Shown here piece after piece: positions 1 to 10,749 of a DNA stretch of 64,000 nucleotides; position 1 is the first letter of the stretch; each line of letters starts with the position of its first letter. Origin of the DNA: an uncultured Bacteroidales bacterium (GTDB taxonomy: Bacteria; Bacteroidota; Bacteroidia; Bacteroidales; UBA4417); NCBI GenBank assembly GCA_963802185.1, contig CAWDHU010000015.1:657781-721780 (forward strand), written 5' to 3'. The translations under genes were made by a program, and so were the position numbers. The notes under the pieces were generated by a model that made no database searches, was not told the DNA's origin, and worked only from the letters and a program-made list of their open reading frames with translations.

Positions 1-948
1 TATGCATATTTAGTTAAACAAGATTATTATGCTTCTCAGAAACAGTATGAGAAAGCCCTGGCTTTTGACGAAAATGACACTATTACACACGAATATCTTT
101 ATTATTGCGGATTATATACAGGTAACTCTGCCTATGCCCGTTTTCATGCAGAAAAGCTAACGAATGATCTGAAAAAAAAATTGGGTATTCATGCTTTTAA
201 CCCAATCGCTTCCATTGACCTGGAATATAATTACAAGTACAATAACAGCAACACCCGTTCGAATCCGTCTTTTTATCGTGGGGGAGTGTATACACAAACG
301 GGTTACAGGATTTCAATATATCAATCTGCTTCGAATTATAAACAAACAGTTGACTCTATACTGATAAAACAGCCTGATTACTTTGCATTGATAAACTGGT
401 CAGTATCATCACATGTTTCTCTTTCTTTGGCATATCATCACCTGAATACTAGTCTGGACGGCTATAAATATCCCGGAAACCTTGCCTTTGGTTTACTTTC
501 GACCCGAATAAATCGTTATTCATTTGGTGTGAACGGCTCATTTTTCAGGTATGGCTTAGGCGACTTTAAGCAAATAGGCGTTCAAGCCGGCGTTAGTTTG
601 CCAGGGAAATCAGGTCTTTATTTTTATTCGTACCTTAGTGGAATGATTGAGAAAGAGACCAGCCGGTTAATATTCTCTCAGTATGCCGGGGTAAAGATTT
701 TTAAATCGCTATGGGCCGAAGGTATTGTTACATTGGGCAATATCCAGAATTATCATGATCACAATGGGCTCTATATCTATAATTCAATCGATCCGACTCT
801 TTTCAGAACCGGATTATCGCTCTACTGGTATATCGGGAAAAATCTGACATTGTATGGTAATTACCTGTACGATACAAAACAAGTTGAACAAACCACAAAT
901 CAATATATACAACAGTCATTTTTAGGAGGACTAATATGGAAACTTTAA
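1..948 (+). CDS. Hypothetical protein, 5'-truncated by the window edge. N-terminal part is TPR-like and the C-terminal part is Tyr/Gly/Asn-rich, possibly a beta-barrel.
   Basis: Frame 1 is open from base 1 into the listed ORF 181..948 with no stop in 1-180. The composition is OMP-like. It overlaps the next gene by 13 nt. Confidence 0.4.
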   Translation, partial: YAYLVKQDYYASQKQYEKALAFDENDTITHEYLYYCGLYTGNSAYARFHAEKLTNDLKKKLGIHAFNPIASIDLEYNYKYNNSNTRSNPSFYRGGVYTQTGYRISIYQSASNYKQTVDSILIKQPDYFALINWSVSSHVSLSLAYHHLNTSLDGYKYPGNLAFGLLSTRINRYSFGVNGSFFRYGLGDFKQIGVQAGVSLPGKSGLYFYSYLSGMIEKETSRLIFSQYAGVKIFKSLWAEGIVTLGNIQNYHDHNGLYIYNSIDPTLFRTGLSLYWYIGKNLTLYGNYLYDTKQVEQTTNQYIQQSFLGGLIWKL

Positions 949-1556
949 GAAGAATTTCGTTTACAACATTGTTAACCATCATGTTTGGATACATTATGGC
1001 ACAGAATACGGCTGCGACCCAGGCAACGTTCGTTAAAAGCTTTGAGGCCGAGAAATCAGGAAATTATACTTCGGCTATCAATACAATGAAGACCATTTAT
1101 CAAGCAGATAACTATATAATCAACATTCGACTTGGATGGCTCTATTACCTGGCAAAGCAATATGCTGAATCCATAAAATATTATGAAAAATCCATTGCGC
1201 TGAAACCCTATGCCATCGAAGCGCGTTTTGGTTGTGTAAAGCCACTTAGTGCTATTGAAAGCTGGGACAAGGTGAAGGCAAACTATTTGGAAATACTCAA
1301 AATTGATCCGCAGAATACACTTGCCAACTATTGGTTAGGCGTAATTTACTATAACCGGAAAGATTTCGTAAACGCAACAAAACTTTTCGAAAAGGTAGTC
1401 AATCTTTATCCCCTGGACTACGATTCAGTAATTATGTTAGCCTGGTCGAAACTAAACTCAGGCAAAACAGCTGATGCGAAGATGTTATTTAATCATGCGC
1501 TTATTCTGCGCCCAAATGACAGTTCAGCGCTTGAAGGATTGAAATTGATTAAGTAA
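936..1556 (+). CDS. Secreted TPR-repeat protein
   Basis: Signal-peptide-like N-terminus (LLTIMFGYIMAQ). Repeated TPR-like A/Y/L patterns (AESIKYYEKSIALKP, ANYWLGVIYYNRKDFVNATKLFEKVV). Confidence 0.6.
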   Translation: METLRRISFTTLLTIMFGYIMAQNTAATQATFVKSFEAEKSGNYTSAINTMKTIYQADNYIINIRLGWLYYLAKQYAESIKYYEKSIALKPYAIEARFGCVKPLSAIESWDKVKANYLEILKIDPQNTLANYWLGVIYYNRKDFVNATKLFEKVVNLYPLDYDSVIMLAWSKLNSGKTADAKMLFNHALILRPNDSSALEGLKLIK

Positions 1557-1645
1557 CTGGTTTTCATGATTTTCTGGCAAAGAATATTTTTTATCGACGT
1601 CTGCAATATGGTAGGGAACTCAGAAGCAGTTTGGATTTCATCTCT

Positions 1646-4273
1646 TTAAAACACAATTAAATACGAGATTTTCAGCATAAAGTCGTTTCGTGGCTGTGTA
1701 TTCCATAGTTCTCTGGCATACTGTCCGAAATTATTTGCTCCGTTTTCTTCCAGCTCGGTGCGGCCTTGCGACCAAACCAGGTAGAGGGAAGAGCCGGTTT
1801 TATATTCCCATCGAAAAACCATATTCGACTTGAATTGCAGGTAATGGAAATCGGGTTTGTAAAATCCATAATCAGCTTCTCCATTCGAATCCTCATCAAT
1901 AAAGTAAGCATTCCAGGTTTCGTTATACGAAATTTCAGTGCTGGTGAACTGGTGATACCTGTCAGGAAATTCAGTAGCTCTGGAATCTGTAATACGTTTA
2001 TAATCCGAATATTCACCTGCAAAAATATAAGGTTGGGCATAATATTGAATAGAAAGCCTGGGTGTTAAACTTACGTTCACCCGCACCGAAAGGTCGTACA
2101 CTTTCCTGTTGAGGCTTGCCATGATATAACGGGGTTCGTTATTCATAGATGTATTATCAACATATTGTATCTGGTTAAAACCAGAGGTATACTGTGGTGT
2201 CAGGGAAAAAAGCAATGTATTGGTTGGTTTGTAGGTTATTACCAGTGAGTACTTATGGCTGTCGCTAAAGTCCTGTTGCCCGAAAGATTGGGAAGTGCTT
2301 AAGCGGAATACTATTTTACTGCGGCTATCCGTTTCGGTATAAACATTAAAGCTAAAAATGGGCGGCACTAGCAAGGCCGGCCCTCCCCATAGTTCACTCC
2401 TTGATAATGTTGTGCCGGCGTAATTAATACCAACTCCTGCAGTAAAGTAGTTTTTAAACTGCCCGTTCATGTTAAAGTCTAAGCCTTTGTTTGTATTCTC
2501 CCAGCCAAAATCCCATGTTATATATTCTGTAAAATTGGCTGAAGCCCATCTGAAAATCCAAAAAGGATTGAATTTCCGGTAACCCAGCCAGAACAACTCT
2601 TGTATCTCATCAGCTTGTTTAAGGAAGCCGACATCATTAAATTCAAGACCCGGCGAACGAAATGTAAGATAACTCATATACTGCCAGTTTCCGGTGCCGG
2701 CTTTTCCGGTTTCGAGAGTTCCTCCGTATCCGCTTAACTGTGTCCGCGTGGGATCATAAGTTATATACGTATTGTCGGGACGCTGATAATACCTTACTGC
2801 AGAAGTTTGTAAATTATTTATAGCTTGCTCACTTCCGAAAACCGACGAAAAAACTGCACGTCCTGAAAGATAGTAAGTTTTATTTTTCCAGAAATGGATT
2901 GCATTTAAGCCTCCCGTATAAGCAGCATCTGGCAGAAAATTAAGTTGCGGCTCTTTGATAAAACGGTTAGTCGCTGTAAAAATACCACCTATAGTAGTTG
3001 TGCCTTTGTTGAAATCCTGCGATGCCCTGGCGATGAGGTAATTGGTCAGAGGTTCAATGCCTTCCTTGTGTCTGACGCCTGCTGAATCGATGGTCGCAAA
3101 TTCATTTTGTGTTACTGATTCAACAATTCCCAATGAAAATCCTTTCTTCGTTTTTCCTGACAATTTGAAGGAACCCAGGATGGTGGTCTGCTCCGGTGCT
3201 TTAACATATATTCCTGAGTCAGGATAAAGTGTCAGTTGTGGTGTTCGCCCGATACGACGCGAATAGAACGGCATGTTCATATTGTTTTCACTGTCTGCGC
3301 CTGTGAGTTTAAAAAGGAAGATATTTTTTCCTTCGACAAAGAAAGGCCTTTTCTCAGGAAAAAACGTTTCAAAAGCCGTTAGGTTTACAACAGCGGGATC
3401 AGCTTCTACTTGTCCAAAGTCCGGATTTATAGTGAAATTAAGTGTAAAATCGTTAGTAACCGCTATTTTGCCATCAAGTCCGACAGCCCCTGAATATTCC
3501 TGCCCGGTTTTAAATGGATTTCCTTCTTCTTTTTTATCGAAGCTGGCTTTGGCATATGTATAGGGTAGTAATTCTATCTCGCGCCTTGGTTTGATGCCAT
3601 CGAGACCTTTTAACTCACCAAACAGGCTAACAAGTCCGGGCGCAGTGCGCGGGACAGGCTGCCAGAGTGAAAGTTCCTGTTTGCGATAAATGTACCTGAA
3701 AATATTTATTCCCCAGTTGTGTTTGTCCAATTTGGCAAAGCGCAATTGCGAAAGTGGAATCCGCATCTCAGCTGTCCAGCCTTGTGCATCAATATTTGTT
3801 GCAGTGTAGTAGATGGCTTCCCAGTTGGGATCAGTTACATTATCGTTTACAAACATGAAATCAAATTGAACCCCGGCCGATGTTATTCCGAAACTAAATG
3901 CTGTCTGCTTATCGTTATAGCTATCAATGGAAATGGCAAGATAATCACCGTCATCTTTATCCCGGCGCGAGAGTCGTCTTACGATCTCGCCCGGAACTGA
4001 GTCAAAGGCCCGGATTACAACATAAAGGTTGTCGTCGTCGTATAAAATTTTGAATTTGGTATTTTGCGACGGAGGTGCTCCGTCATTCGGATCACGTTGT
4101 ACAAAATCGCCCGACCAATCAACTGCATTCCAGGCTGATTCGTCATACTTGCCATCAATTACAGGAGGTTTGTTTGTCAGTCTTTGAGTTTGATATACCT
4201 TGGTTTGAGCATTGATAATAGTAATCAGGCCCACAGTAAATCCAATAAATAAAATAAGTCTGGTATATTTCAT
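1646..4273 (-). CDS. Secreted CBM9-like / DUF5916-family protein
   Basis: 875 aa with a signal peptide. The N-terminal motif PPVIDGKYDESAWNAVDW...FKILYDDDNLYV is typical of the CBM9/DOMON-like domain that precedes the large DUF5916 beta-rich domain in Bacteroidota. Confidence 0.6.
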   Translation of the reverse strand: MKYTRLILFIGFTVGLITIINAQTKVYQTQRLTNKPPVIDGKYDESAWNAVDWSGDFVQRDPNDGAPPSQNTKFKILYDDDNLYVVIRAFDSVPGEIVRRLSRRDKDDGDYLAISIDSYNDKQTAFSFGITSAGVQFDFMFVNDNVTDPNWEAIYYTATNIDAQGWTAEMRIPLSQLRFAKLDKHNWGINIFRYIYRKQELSLWQPVPRTAPGLVSLFGELKGLDGIKPRREIELLPYTYAKASFDKKEEGNPFKTGQEYSGAVGLDGKIAVTNDFTLNFTINPDFGQVEADPAVVNLTAFETFFPEKRPFFVEGKNIFLFKLTGADSENNMNMPFYSRRIGRTPQLTLYPDSGIYVKAPEQTTILGSFKLSGKTKKGFSLGIVESVTQNEFATIDSAGVRHKEGIEPLTNYLIARASQDFNKGTTTIGGIFTATNRFIKEPQLNFLPDAAYTGGLNAIHFWKNKTYYLSGRAVFSSVFGSEQAINNLQTSAVRYYQRPDNTYITYDPTRTQLSGYGGTLETGKAGTGNWQYMSYLTFRSPGLEFNDVGFLKQADEIQELFWLGYRKFNPFWIFRWASANFTEYITWDFGWENTNKGLDFNMNGQFKNYFTAGVGINYAGTTLSRSELWGGPALLVPPIFSFNVYTETDSRSKIVFRLSTSQSFGQQDFSDSHKYSLVITYKPTNTLLFSLTPQYTSGFNQIQYVDNTSMNNEPRYIMASLNRKVYDLSVRVNVSLTPRLSIQYYAQPYIFAGEYSDYKRITDSRATEFPDRYHQFTSTEISYNETWNAYFIDEDSNGEADYGFYKPDFHYLQFKSNMVFRWEYKTGSSLYLVWSQGRTELEENGANNFGQYARELWNTQPRNDFMLKISYLIVF

Positions 4274-4527
4274 GTGAGAATAGATACCCTATCCTTTGCG
4301 CGAAGCAAAAGAACAGAAGTTATAAGTGGTTTGGTACTTTATCCGGAAATTTGAAAAAGGTAATACTTTTTTAAAGATAATATTTTGATTAATTCTGATT
4401 GTGCGAAAATACAAGTAAACGGCTTGAAAAGTATAATCCGGAAATCACTTGTTTTGCCTTCCGTATTTCATTATCTTTGTTTATACACTTTCAGCTCGTT
4501 TGCATATTGATTTTTAAAAGGATAGTT

Positions 4528-5607
4528 ATGCGGAGGTTATCGAAAGTATTTATTTTCGTTCTGATTTTTTTTGTGCTCATTTTCATTGGTATTCTTGCAG
4601 GAATTAGTATTGCAAAGCCTGAAAGGGAACCCTTATTATATAAAGAGCACAAAGGAACAGCAGTTGTCATTACCGGTGCTGCTGCCCGTATTGTGCAGGA
4701 ATCAGCCCTGCTAGAGAATCTGCAAAAAGACGGCTGGCTTCAAAACATTTGTTTTATCTCCGGTACAAGTTCAGGGGCTTTAAACACTGTACTGCTGAAT
4801 GCGATACTCGAAAATAAAATCTCGTGGGACCGATACAATTCCATCCTTTTTAATCTCAATAACGACAGTATTTTTATACGGACCGGCAGATCACTTCCTG
4901 TTAATAATGATCCTTTTCAAAACCTTCTTACCCGGGTTATTAACGACAGCCTTGGCTACATAAAAATAGGTGATCTCCCTATTAATAGTTCCATATCCAT
5001 AAGTGCGGTTGATATGTTGCCTCCGTTTTCAACTACTTACCGCCTGAGTAATTTAAAAATAAATGTTGAAAGCAATCCTGGTTTTAACCTGGTAGAAACA
5101 TTACTGGCGTCAACAGCAATTCCAATTCTATTCCCGCCTGTCCGGTTCCGCGAATCATTCGGGTTGCCAAATTCATCGTTCGTGGATGGAGGTGTTGCTG
5201 AGGATCATATTCCGTATGAAGCAGTTTTGCAGTTTGAGAAATACAGGGGTTTTGGAGTAGATACACTGATAATTGTCAGCCGAAAAAGCGATTCCAGGAG
5301 AGGGATGAACGACGAAATTCAAAATTTCGGTAACAACGACTCCAGGATCTTCGACAAACTAAGTTCATGGATCGACAACCTGGCTTCGAATGGATTTATA
5401 AAGAGCATGAAACAGTTACAACAGAAATATCCTGAACTGGCATCACGTACATATGTTTATATTCCTGATTTTCAGGAAAATTTTGCTCTGCTGGACTTCA
5501 CTAATATGCAGAAACAATACGATGTAACTGCTGCCTGGGCTGAATTGCATAAACCTGTTCCTCTGAATCAATTTCTTGCCGAATATGCCCTGGAAGCTAA
5601 GCAATGA
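4528..5607 (+). CDS. Patatin-like phospholipase
   Basis: GxSxG nucleophile (ISGTSSGALN), catalytic DGG (FVDGGVAED) and an N-terminal TM anchor. Start moved to ATG 4528 (MRRLSKVFIF...) because the 43-codon upstream extension looks non-coding. Confidence 0.8.
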   Translation: MRRLSKVFIFVLIFFVLIFIGILAGISIAKPEREPLLYKEHKGTAVVITGAAARIVQESALLENLQKDGWLQNICFISGTSSGALNTVLLNAILENKISWDRYNSILFNLNNDSIFIRTGRSLPVNNDPFQNLLTRVINDSLGYIKIGDLPINSSISISAVDMLPPFSTTYRLSNLKINVESNPGFNLVETLLASTAIPILFPPVRFRESFGLPNSSFVDGGVAEDHIPYEAVLQFEKYRGFGVDTLIIVSRKSDSRRGMNDEIQNFGNNDSRIFDKLSSWIDNLASNGFIKSMKQLQQKYPELASRTYVYIPDFQENFALLDFTNMQKQYDVTAAWAELHKPVPLNQFLAEYALEAKQ

Positions 5608-5645
5608 TAAGTGGTTGCAACTGTTATTAGACTGCCACAGGAAAA

Positions 5646-5853
5646 ATCCCAAGCCTCAAATTCCAAGTCTTAAATTTCAAACTGGTCCCAAAATCCTTGC
5701 TTGTTCAAGCTATGAAGCTGATGCTCTCCAAATTGATAAGAATAAAAAAAACAGATATTACGTGTAAAGATTTAATTCTTGGGGTTTTGCAATTTTGAAC
5801 TTTGAACTTTGGAATTTGGGTCTAGGAATTTGGACCTTGAAATTTGGACCTTT
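5646..5853. repeat. Quasi-palindromic low-complexity intergenic element. C/A-rich words on the left mirror G/T-rich words on the right.
   Basis: The left arm cccaagcctcaaattccaagtcttaaatttcaaactggtcccaaaatcc is roughly complementary to the right-arm words ttggaatttggg, ggaatttggacc and gaaatttggacc. It lies between convergent genes. Confidence 0.4.
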
Positions 5854-5912
5854 TAAAATTTTATGATATTATTCCACGCTACAAGCAGCACTTAAAAGAT
5901 CCGCGAAATCTG

Positions 5913-6788
5913 TTACTCATACTCAATCCGGATGCGATAGTGTTGTGGAACTTGTTGCCCTGGTCTAGCAGAAAGGATGGATGTTGTCAGAGGCCGCTTT
6001 GATCTGTCGTAAGTACGCTCAATGCTGCTCAATAATTCACCATCTTCAGTTTTTACCTCCTGGAGTATTGTGTTTCCCTCTGAATCATAAGCTGTATAGG
6101 TAATCTCGATACCAGCCGAAGTTTCCTCCATTGATTCAGCTAAGCGGCCTTCGGAATCATAAGTGAATGTATCGCGTTCGGTGAGATGTTTGTCTGCATT
6201 ATAACGTCTCCGGACTGAGGCAACTCCCTGTTCATCATAATTATATAGGATCTGATAATTTTCCTCAGGGGTCCTGAAAATTTCTTCGGTAATTTTACCA
6301 TCCTCATTATAGATGATCTTTCTCTGAGTGATGATTTCGCCTGAAATTTCGTATTCAGTTTCCGATGCTAAATTATCCCCATCGAAAACATTCACAACAT
6401 AGTTTCCTGTTTCGCCATCGCTGTCGATGCTGCGCCTGCTGATCAGCCGGCCTTCCTTGTCATATGTGTATATCAACTGATCGGCTGTTCCATCGAGGTA
6501 ATGAATGTATTCTTTTTCAAGTTGTCCTTCGGCATTATATTCCATGCTGCGGTGTTCGGTAACTTCGTCATCTGTCTCAAGCAATAACTCATCAACTACT
6601 TTTCCATCACTGTTATACGTGTATTTATACTTGTGCTCAACACTGCCATCGGGATGGTATGTAATTGCTTCAAGCGGGAGCCCGGCATCATCAAATTCAG
6701 TAAACTGATGGATATATTCTCTATCCCTGATTTCAGTTTCATCCAAATCCGAAATGTTAACAGCCATATATGACTTTACGTATTTCAT
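5913..6788 (-). CDS. Acidic cytoplasmic YD/RHS-like repeat protein
   Basis: 291 aa with no signal peptide. It has about 7 degenerate repeats of the form Y-x-Y-D/N-x-E/D-G-K/R-L/V (YTYNSDGKVV, YTYDKEGRLI, IIYNEDGKIT, FTYDSEGRLA, TAYDSEGNTI). Confidence 0.5.
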   Translation of the reverse strand: MKYVKSYMAVNISDLDETEIRDREYIHQFTEFDDAGLPLEAITYHPDGSVEHKYKYTYNSDGKVVDELLLETDDEVTEHRSMEYNAEGQLEKEYIHYLDGTADQLIYTYDKEGRLISRRSIDSDGETGNYVVNVFDGDNLASETEYEISGEIITQRKIIYNEDGKITEEIFRTPEENYQILYNYDEQGVASVRRRYNADKHLTERDTFTYDSEGRLAESMEETSAGIEITYTAYDSEGNTILQEVKTEDGELLSSIERTYDRSKRPLTTSILSARPGQQVPQHYRIRIEYE

Positions 6789-7018
6789 AAACAGGATTTT
6801 ATGGGTTTATTAATTTGCTGTCATTTTTTGCAAATATAATAATTAATTTATCTGGCAAAAATTAGATTGATTTGCTCTGTTTGGGTTACTGATATTCGGA
6901 AACAAGACTTGCCTTGGAAGCTTTTGTTGAAATATGCTGTTTCCTTTAGATTCAACTTCACATTCAATTTCTTAATATGCCATTTTTATATAATTTTACC
7001 CGGTTTTAAAATCACATT

Positions 7019-9148
7019 ATGAAGACTTTGGTTATAATTGCTTCAATTACTGCCTCGATGGCAATAATGAGCTGTAAAAACAACACACTTGTGCAGGAAA
7101 AAATTAACTACCCGGTAACAAACAAAGTTGCCCAGACCGATGATTACTTTGGCACCCAGGTTGCTGATCCTTACCGCTGGCTCGAAAACGATACTTCAGC
7201 AGAAACCGCTGCATGGGTTAAAGCGGAGAATAAAGTTACCTCCGATTATCTGGCTAAAATTCCTTTTCGCGATCAGATTCATAAACGGCTCGAAGCACTT
7301 TGGGACTTTCCGAAACTGACGGTTCCATTTAAAAAAGGAGAATGGATATTTTTTGAGAAGAACGAAGGCATGCAAAATCAGAGTGTGATTTATGTTCAAC
7401 AGGGTATAACAGGAGAACCTCGTTTGCTGATCGATCCCAATACACTATCAGCGGATGGTACTGTTGCAGTTGGCGACCTCAGTGTTTCGCACGATGGGAA
7501 ATACCTGGCTTATTCAATTAATAAAGCGGGCAGCGACTGGTCGGAATATGATGTGCTGGATGTTGCGACAGGTAAAAACTTACCCGATAAAATTGAATGG
7601 GTTAAATTTTCGGGTGCCTCGTGGCAGGGTGATGGTTTCTATTACAGCCGGTATGATGCACCGTCAAAAGGCAAAGAACTCTCGAACCGAAATGAATATC
7701 ATAAAGTGTATTTCCATAAAATCGGTACGTCGCAAAGCGAGGACAAACTGATATTCGAAAACCGTAATTTCCCTTTGCGCAACTATTATGCAATGACCAC
7801 TGAGGACGAACACTTCCTTATTCTGTCAGAGAGTGAAGGTACGAGTGGAAACTCACTGTTTTGTAAAGATCTCACAAAACCTGGAGCTCAATTTGTAAAA
7901 ATTGCGCCCGGATACGAAAACGAATACTTTGTTGTCGATAATTTGGGTGACAATTTGTTAGTACTCACTAACGAAAATGCACCAAACCGTAAACTGGTTT
8001 TAATTGACCCTAAATCGCCGGCCGCAAAAAACCGGAAAGATATTATTCCTGAAAAGGAAGAAGTACTTGAGAGTGTTGTTCTTGCAGGTAATCAGATGTT
8101 TGCGCAATATATGAAGGATGCTACGAACCGTATTTATGCCTATGACATGGAGGGTAAACTTCTGCAGGAAGTTCAACTTCCGGGATTGGGAACACTGGAA
8201 GGCTTTAACGGCGAAAAAACTGATAATACAGTGTTTTACGGTTTTACATCATTCACTTTCCCGACGTCCATATTTACTTATGATGTAACAAAGAATGCTT
8301 CGGCTGAATTCTTTAAACCAAAACTTGATTTTGATGCTTCAGTTTATGAAACAAAACAGGTGTTTTATGAAAGCAAGGATAAAACCAAAATACCAATGTT
8401 TATTGTTCATAAAAAGGGATTGAAATTGGATGGTACTAATCCTGTTCTTCTATACGCATATGGCGGTTTCAACATAAGCCTGACGCCCGGTTTCAGTGTA
8501 AGTCGCCTGGTGTTCCTCGAAAACGGAGGTGTGTATTGTATGCCTAACCTCCGTGGTGGAGGTGAATATGGCGAAAAATGGCACGAAGCCGGTACCAAGC
8601 TTAATAAACAAAATGTTTTCGACGATTTTATCACTGCTGCAGAATATCTTATCAGAGAAAAATATACAACACCTGAAAAACTGGCTATCTCGGGAGGATC
8701 GAATGGCGGACTTCTGATTGGTGCCTGTATGACGCAACGCCCTGATCTGTTTAAAGTATGTTTGCCCGCCGTTGGAGTAATGGATATGTTGCGCTATCAT
8801 AAATTTACTATCGGATGGGCCTGGGCCGGCGATTATGGCACAAGCGACGACAGCACACAATTCCCTAACTTATATAGCTATTCGCCTTTACACAACATTA
8901 AGGACAGCGTTTGTTATCCTGCAACCTTAATCACTACGGCAGATCACGATGACCGTGTAGTCCCCGCACATTCATTCAAATTTGCTGCCACACTGCAGGC
9001 AAAACAAGGGTGTAACAATCCTGTTTTGATCCGCATCGAAACCAAAGCCGGGCATGGCAGCGGTAAGCCAACTTCGAAAATTATTGAAGAGGCGGCTGAT
9101 ATATACTCGTTCCTGTTTTACAATATGGGAATTAAACCCCGGTATTAG
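7019..9148 (+). CDS. Prolyl oligopeptidase (S9A family), lipoprotein/secreted form
   Basis: 709 aa. N-terminal propeller region (DPYRWLE), catalytic Ser in GGSNGGLL, and the ADHDDRV and GHG motifs of the Asp/His triad. Confidence 0.9.
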   Translation: MKTLVIIASITASMAIMSCKNNTLVQEKINYPVTNKVAQTDDYFGTQVADPYRWLENDTSAETAAWVKAENKVTSDYLAKIPFRDQIHKRLEALWDFPKLTVPFKKGEWIFFEKNEGMQNQSVIYVQQGITGEPRLLIDPNTLSADGTVAVGDLSVSHDGKYLAYSINKAGSDWSEYDVLDVATGKNLPDKIEWVKFSGASWQGDGFYYSRYDAPSKGKELSNRNEYHKVYFHKIGTSQSEDKLIFENRNFPLRNYYAMTTEDEHFLILSESEGTSGNSLFCKDLTKPGAQFVKIAPGYENEYFVVDNLGDNLLVLTNENAPNRKLVLIDPKSPAAKNRKDIIPEKEEVLESVVLAGNQMFAQYMKDATNRIYAYDMEGKLLQEVQLPGLGTLEGFNGEKTDNTVFYGFTSFTFPTSIFTYDVTKNASAEFFKPKLDFDASVYETKQVFYESKDKTKIPMFIVHKKGLKLDGTNPVLLYAYGGFNISLTPGFSVSRLVFLENGGVYCMPNLRGGGEYGEKWHEAGTKLNKQNVFDDFITAAEYLIREKYTTPEKLAISGGSNGGLLIGACMTQRPDLFKVCLPAVGVMDMLRYHKFTIGWAWAGDYGTSDDSTQFPNLYSYSPLHNIKDSVCYPATLITTADHDDRVVPAHSFKFAATLQAKQGCNNPVLIRIETKAGHGSGKPTSKIIEEAADIYSFLFYNMGIKPRY

Positions 9149-9392
9149 CAGTGAATATGGTGTTTTCCCGAAGTTAATGTTGAGTATGTTTGCGCTAATG
9201 CAAATAACTTATTTTATTTAAGGAATTATAATTTTCCTGAAGAATCAGAATTGATAGATTTCAATCCAAAATTAAACGTAAAATCCAGTGGTCAGGAAAT
9301 TACAAATGGTTTTGAATACCAGGATTGCTGAAATGCCCACTGTAATGCCGGTTAATTGTTCTTAATTTACGATCCTAGCCAGACTGAAACCT

Positions 9393-10745
9393 ATGAGTAC
9401 TACATACCTTTTATTTGCTGTTGTACTTGCAGTTGTATTCCTGCTTTTCCTGGTCCTGAAACTTAAGCTGAATGCATTTATTGCTTTAATTATAACAAGC
9501 ATGCTTGTTGGTATAGCCATGGGTATGCCACTATCAGGAATTTTGGAAAGTATCCAGAAAGGAATGGGAGGCACACTTGGGTTTGTAGCAACTGTTGTTG
9601 GCCTTGGTGCTATTTTTGGACAAATGCTCGAAAGTTCAGGTGGGGCAGAGTCTATGGCCCGTTATCTTGTTAAAAAATTTGGAGAAAAACATGCGCCATT
9701 TGCAATGGTATTGACAGGTTTCTTTGTTGGTATTCCTGTCTTTTTTGATGTTGGGTTTATTATTCTGGTACCAATTATATATGCACTTTCACGTGATACA
9801 AAAAAGTCAGTATTGTTTTATGGTATTCCTTTATTAGCTGGTTTGGCGGTGACGCATTCATTTATACCTCCAACACCCGGTCCCGTGGCAGTTGCCGCAA
9901 TTATTCATGCTCAATTAGGTTATGTTATTCTTTGGGGATTTATACTTGGGATACCAATTGCATTACTTGCAGGTCCGGTTTTTGGCCGGTATATCAGCAA
10001 AAAAATTATAGTTTTCCCTCCTGAAAACAGTGTTGATGTTATTCAAAAGGATCAGAGCGAACTGCCCTCATTTGGTTTAATAATCAGTATTATAGGAATA
10101 CCTTTATTATTGATACTGTTGGCGACAGTAACTGATGTTTTGATTAAAAAAGGATTGATTTCTCCAGGAATTGTTCCTGATGTAATTGGTTTTATCGGAC
10201 ATCCTTTCACCGCACTTACCATTGCAACATTGATTGCCATTTATTTCCTCGGAATAAAAAAAGGGTTTGATAAAAAGGAAATTCTTGATCTAAGCACCAA
10301 GGCACTTGGTCCGGCCGGAATTATTATCCTGATAACCGGTGCAGGTGGCGTTTTAAAGCAGATTTTGGTTGACTCAGGAATCGGTGAAATGATGGCTGAA
10401 TCAATTGCAGATTCTTCATTGCCACCAGTTTTACTCGCCTGGATACTTGCCGCAATTGTTCGTGTTACACAAGGCTCGGCTACAGTTGCAATGATTACTG
10501 CTGCTGGAATTATGGCGCCTGTTTTACCCGTTTTCAATCTGTCGCCAACGCACACAGCATTGGTCGTTCTTGCAATAGCATCAGGAGCAACATTATTATC
10601 GCATGTTAACGACAGTGGTTTTTGGTTGGTTGGAAAGTATTTCAGAATGAATGAAAAACAGACACTTCAATCCTGGACCATCATGGAAACCATAATTTCA
10701 GTTTCAGGTTTAATACTAACATTACTTGTAAGCTCATTAATCTAA
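9393..10745 (+). CDS. GntP-family (gluconate:H+ symporter type) permease
   Basis: 450 aa polytopic membrane protein whose length and motifs are typical of GntP permeases (PPTPGP, GSATVAMITAAGI, DSGFW). Confidence 0.85.
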   Translation: MSTTYLLFAVVLAVVFLLFLVLKLKLNAFIALIITSMLVGIAMGMPLSGILESIQKGMGGTLGFVATVVGLGAIFGQMLESSGGAESMARYLVKKFGEKHAPFAMVLTGFFVGIPVFFDVGFIILVPIIYALSRDTKKSVLFYGIPLLAGLAVTHSFIPPTPGPVAVAAIIHAQLGYVILWGFILGIPIALLAGPVFGRYISKKIIVFPPENSVDVIQKDQSELPSFGLIISIIGIPLLLILLATVTDVLIKKGLISPGIVPDVIGFIGHPFTALTIATLIAIYFLGIKKGFDKKEILDLSTKALGPAGIIILITGAGGVLKQILVDSGIGEMMAESIADSSLPPVLLAWILAAIVRVTQGSATVAMITAAGIMAPVLPVFNLSPTHTALVVLAIASGATLLSHVNDSGFWLVGKYFRMNEKQTLQSWTIMETIISVSGLILTLLVSSLI

Positions 10746-10749
10746 TCTC

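Noticed and set aside
4399-4527. N-terminal extension of the patatin ORF
   Set aside because: The extension contains no signal or domain. ATG 4528 gives a normal basic-then-hydrophobic N-terminus.
8450-8860. 136-aa minus-strand ORF, plus other short ORFs inside 7019..9148
   Set aside because: They lie antisense to or out of frame with the unambiguous prolyl oligopeptidase gene.
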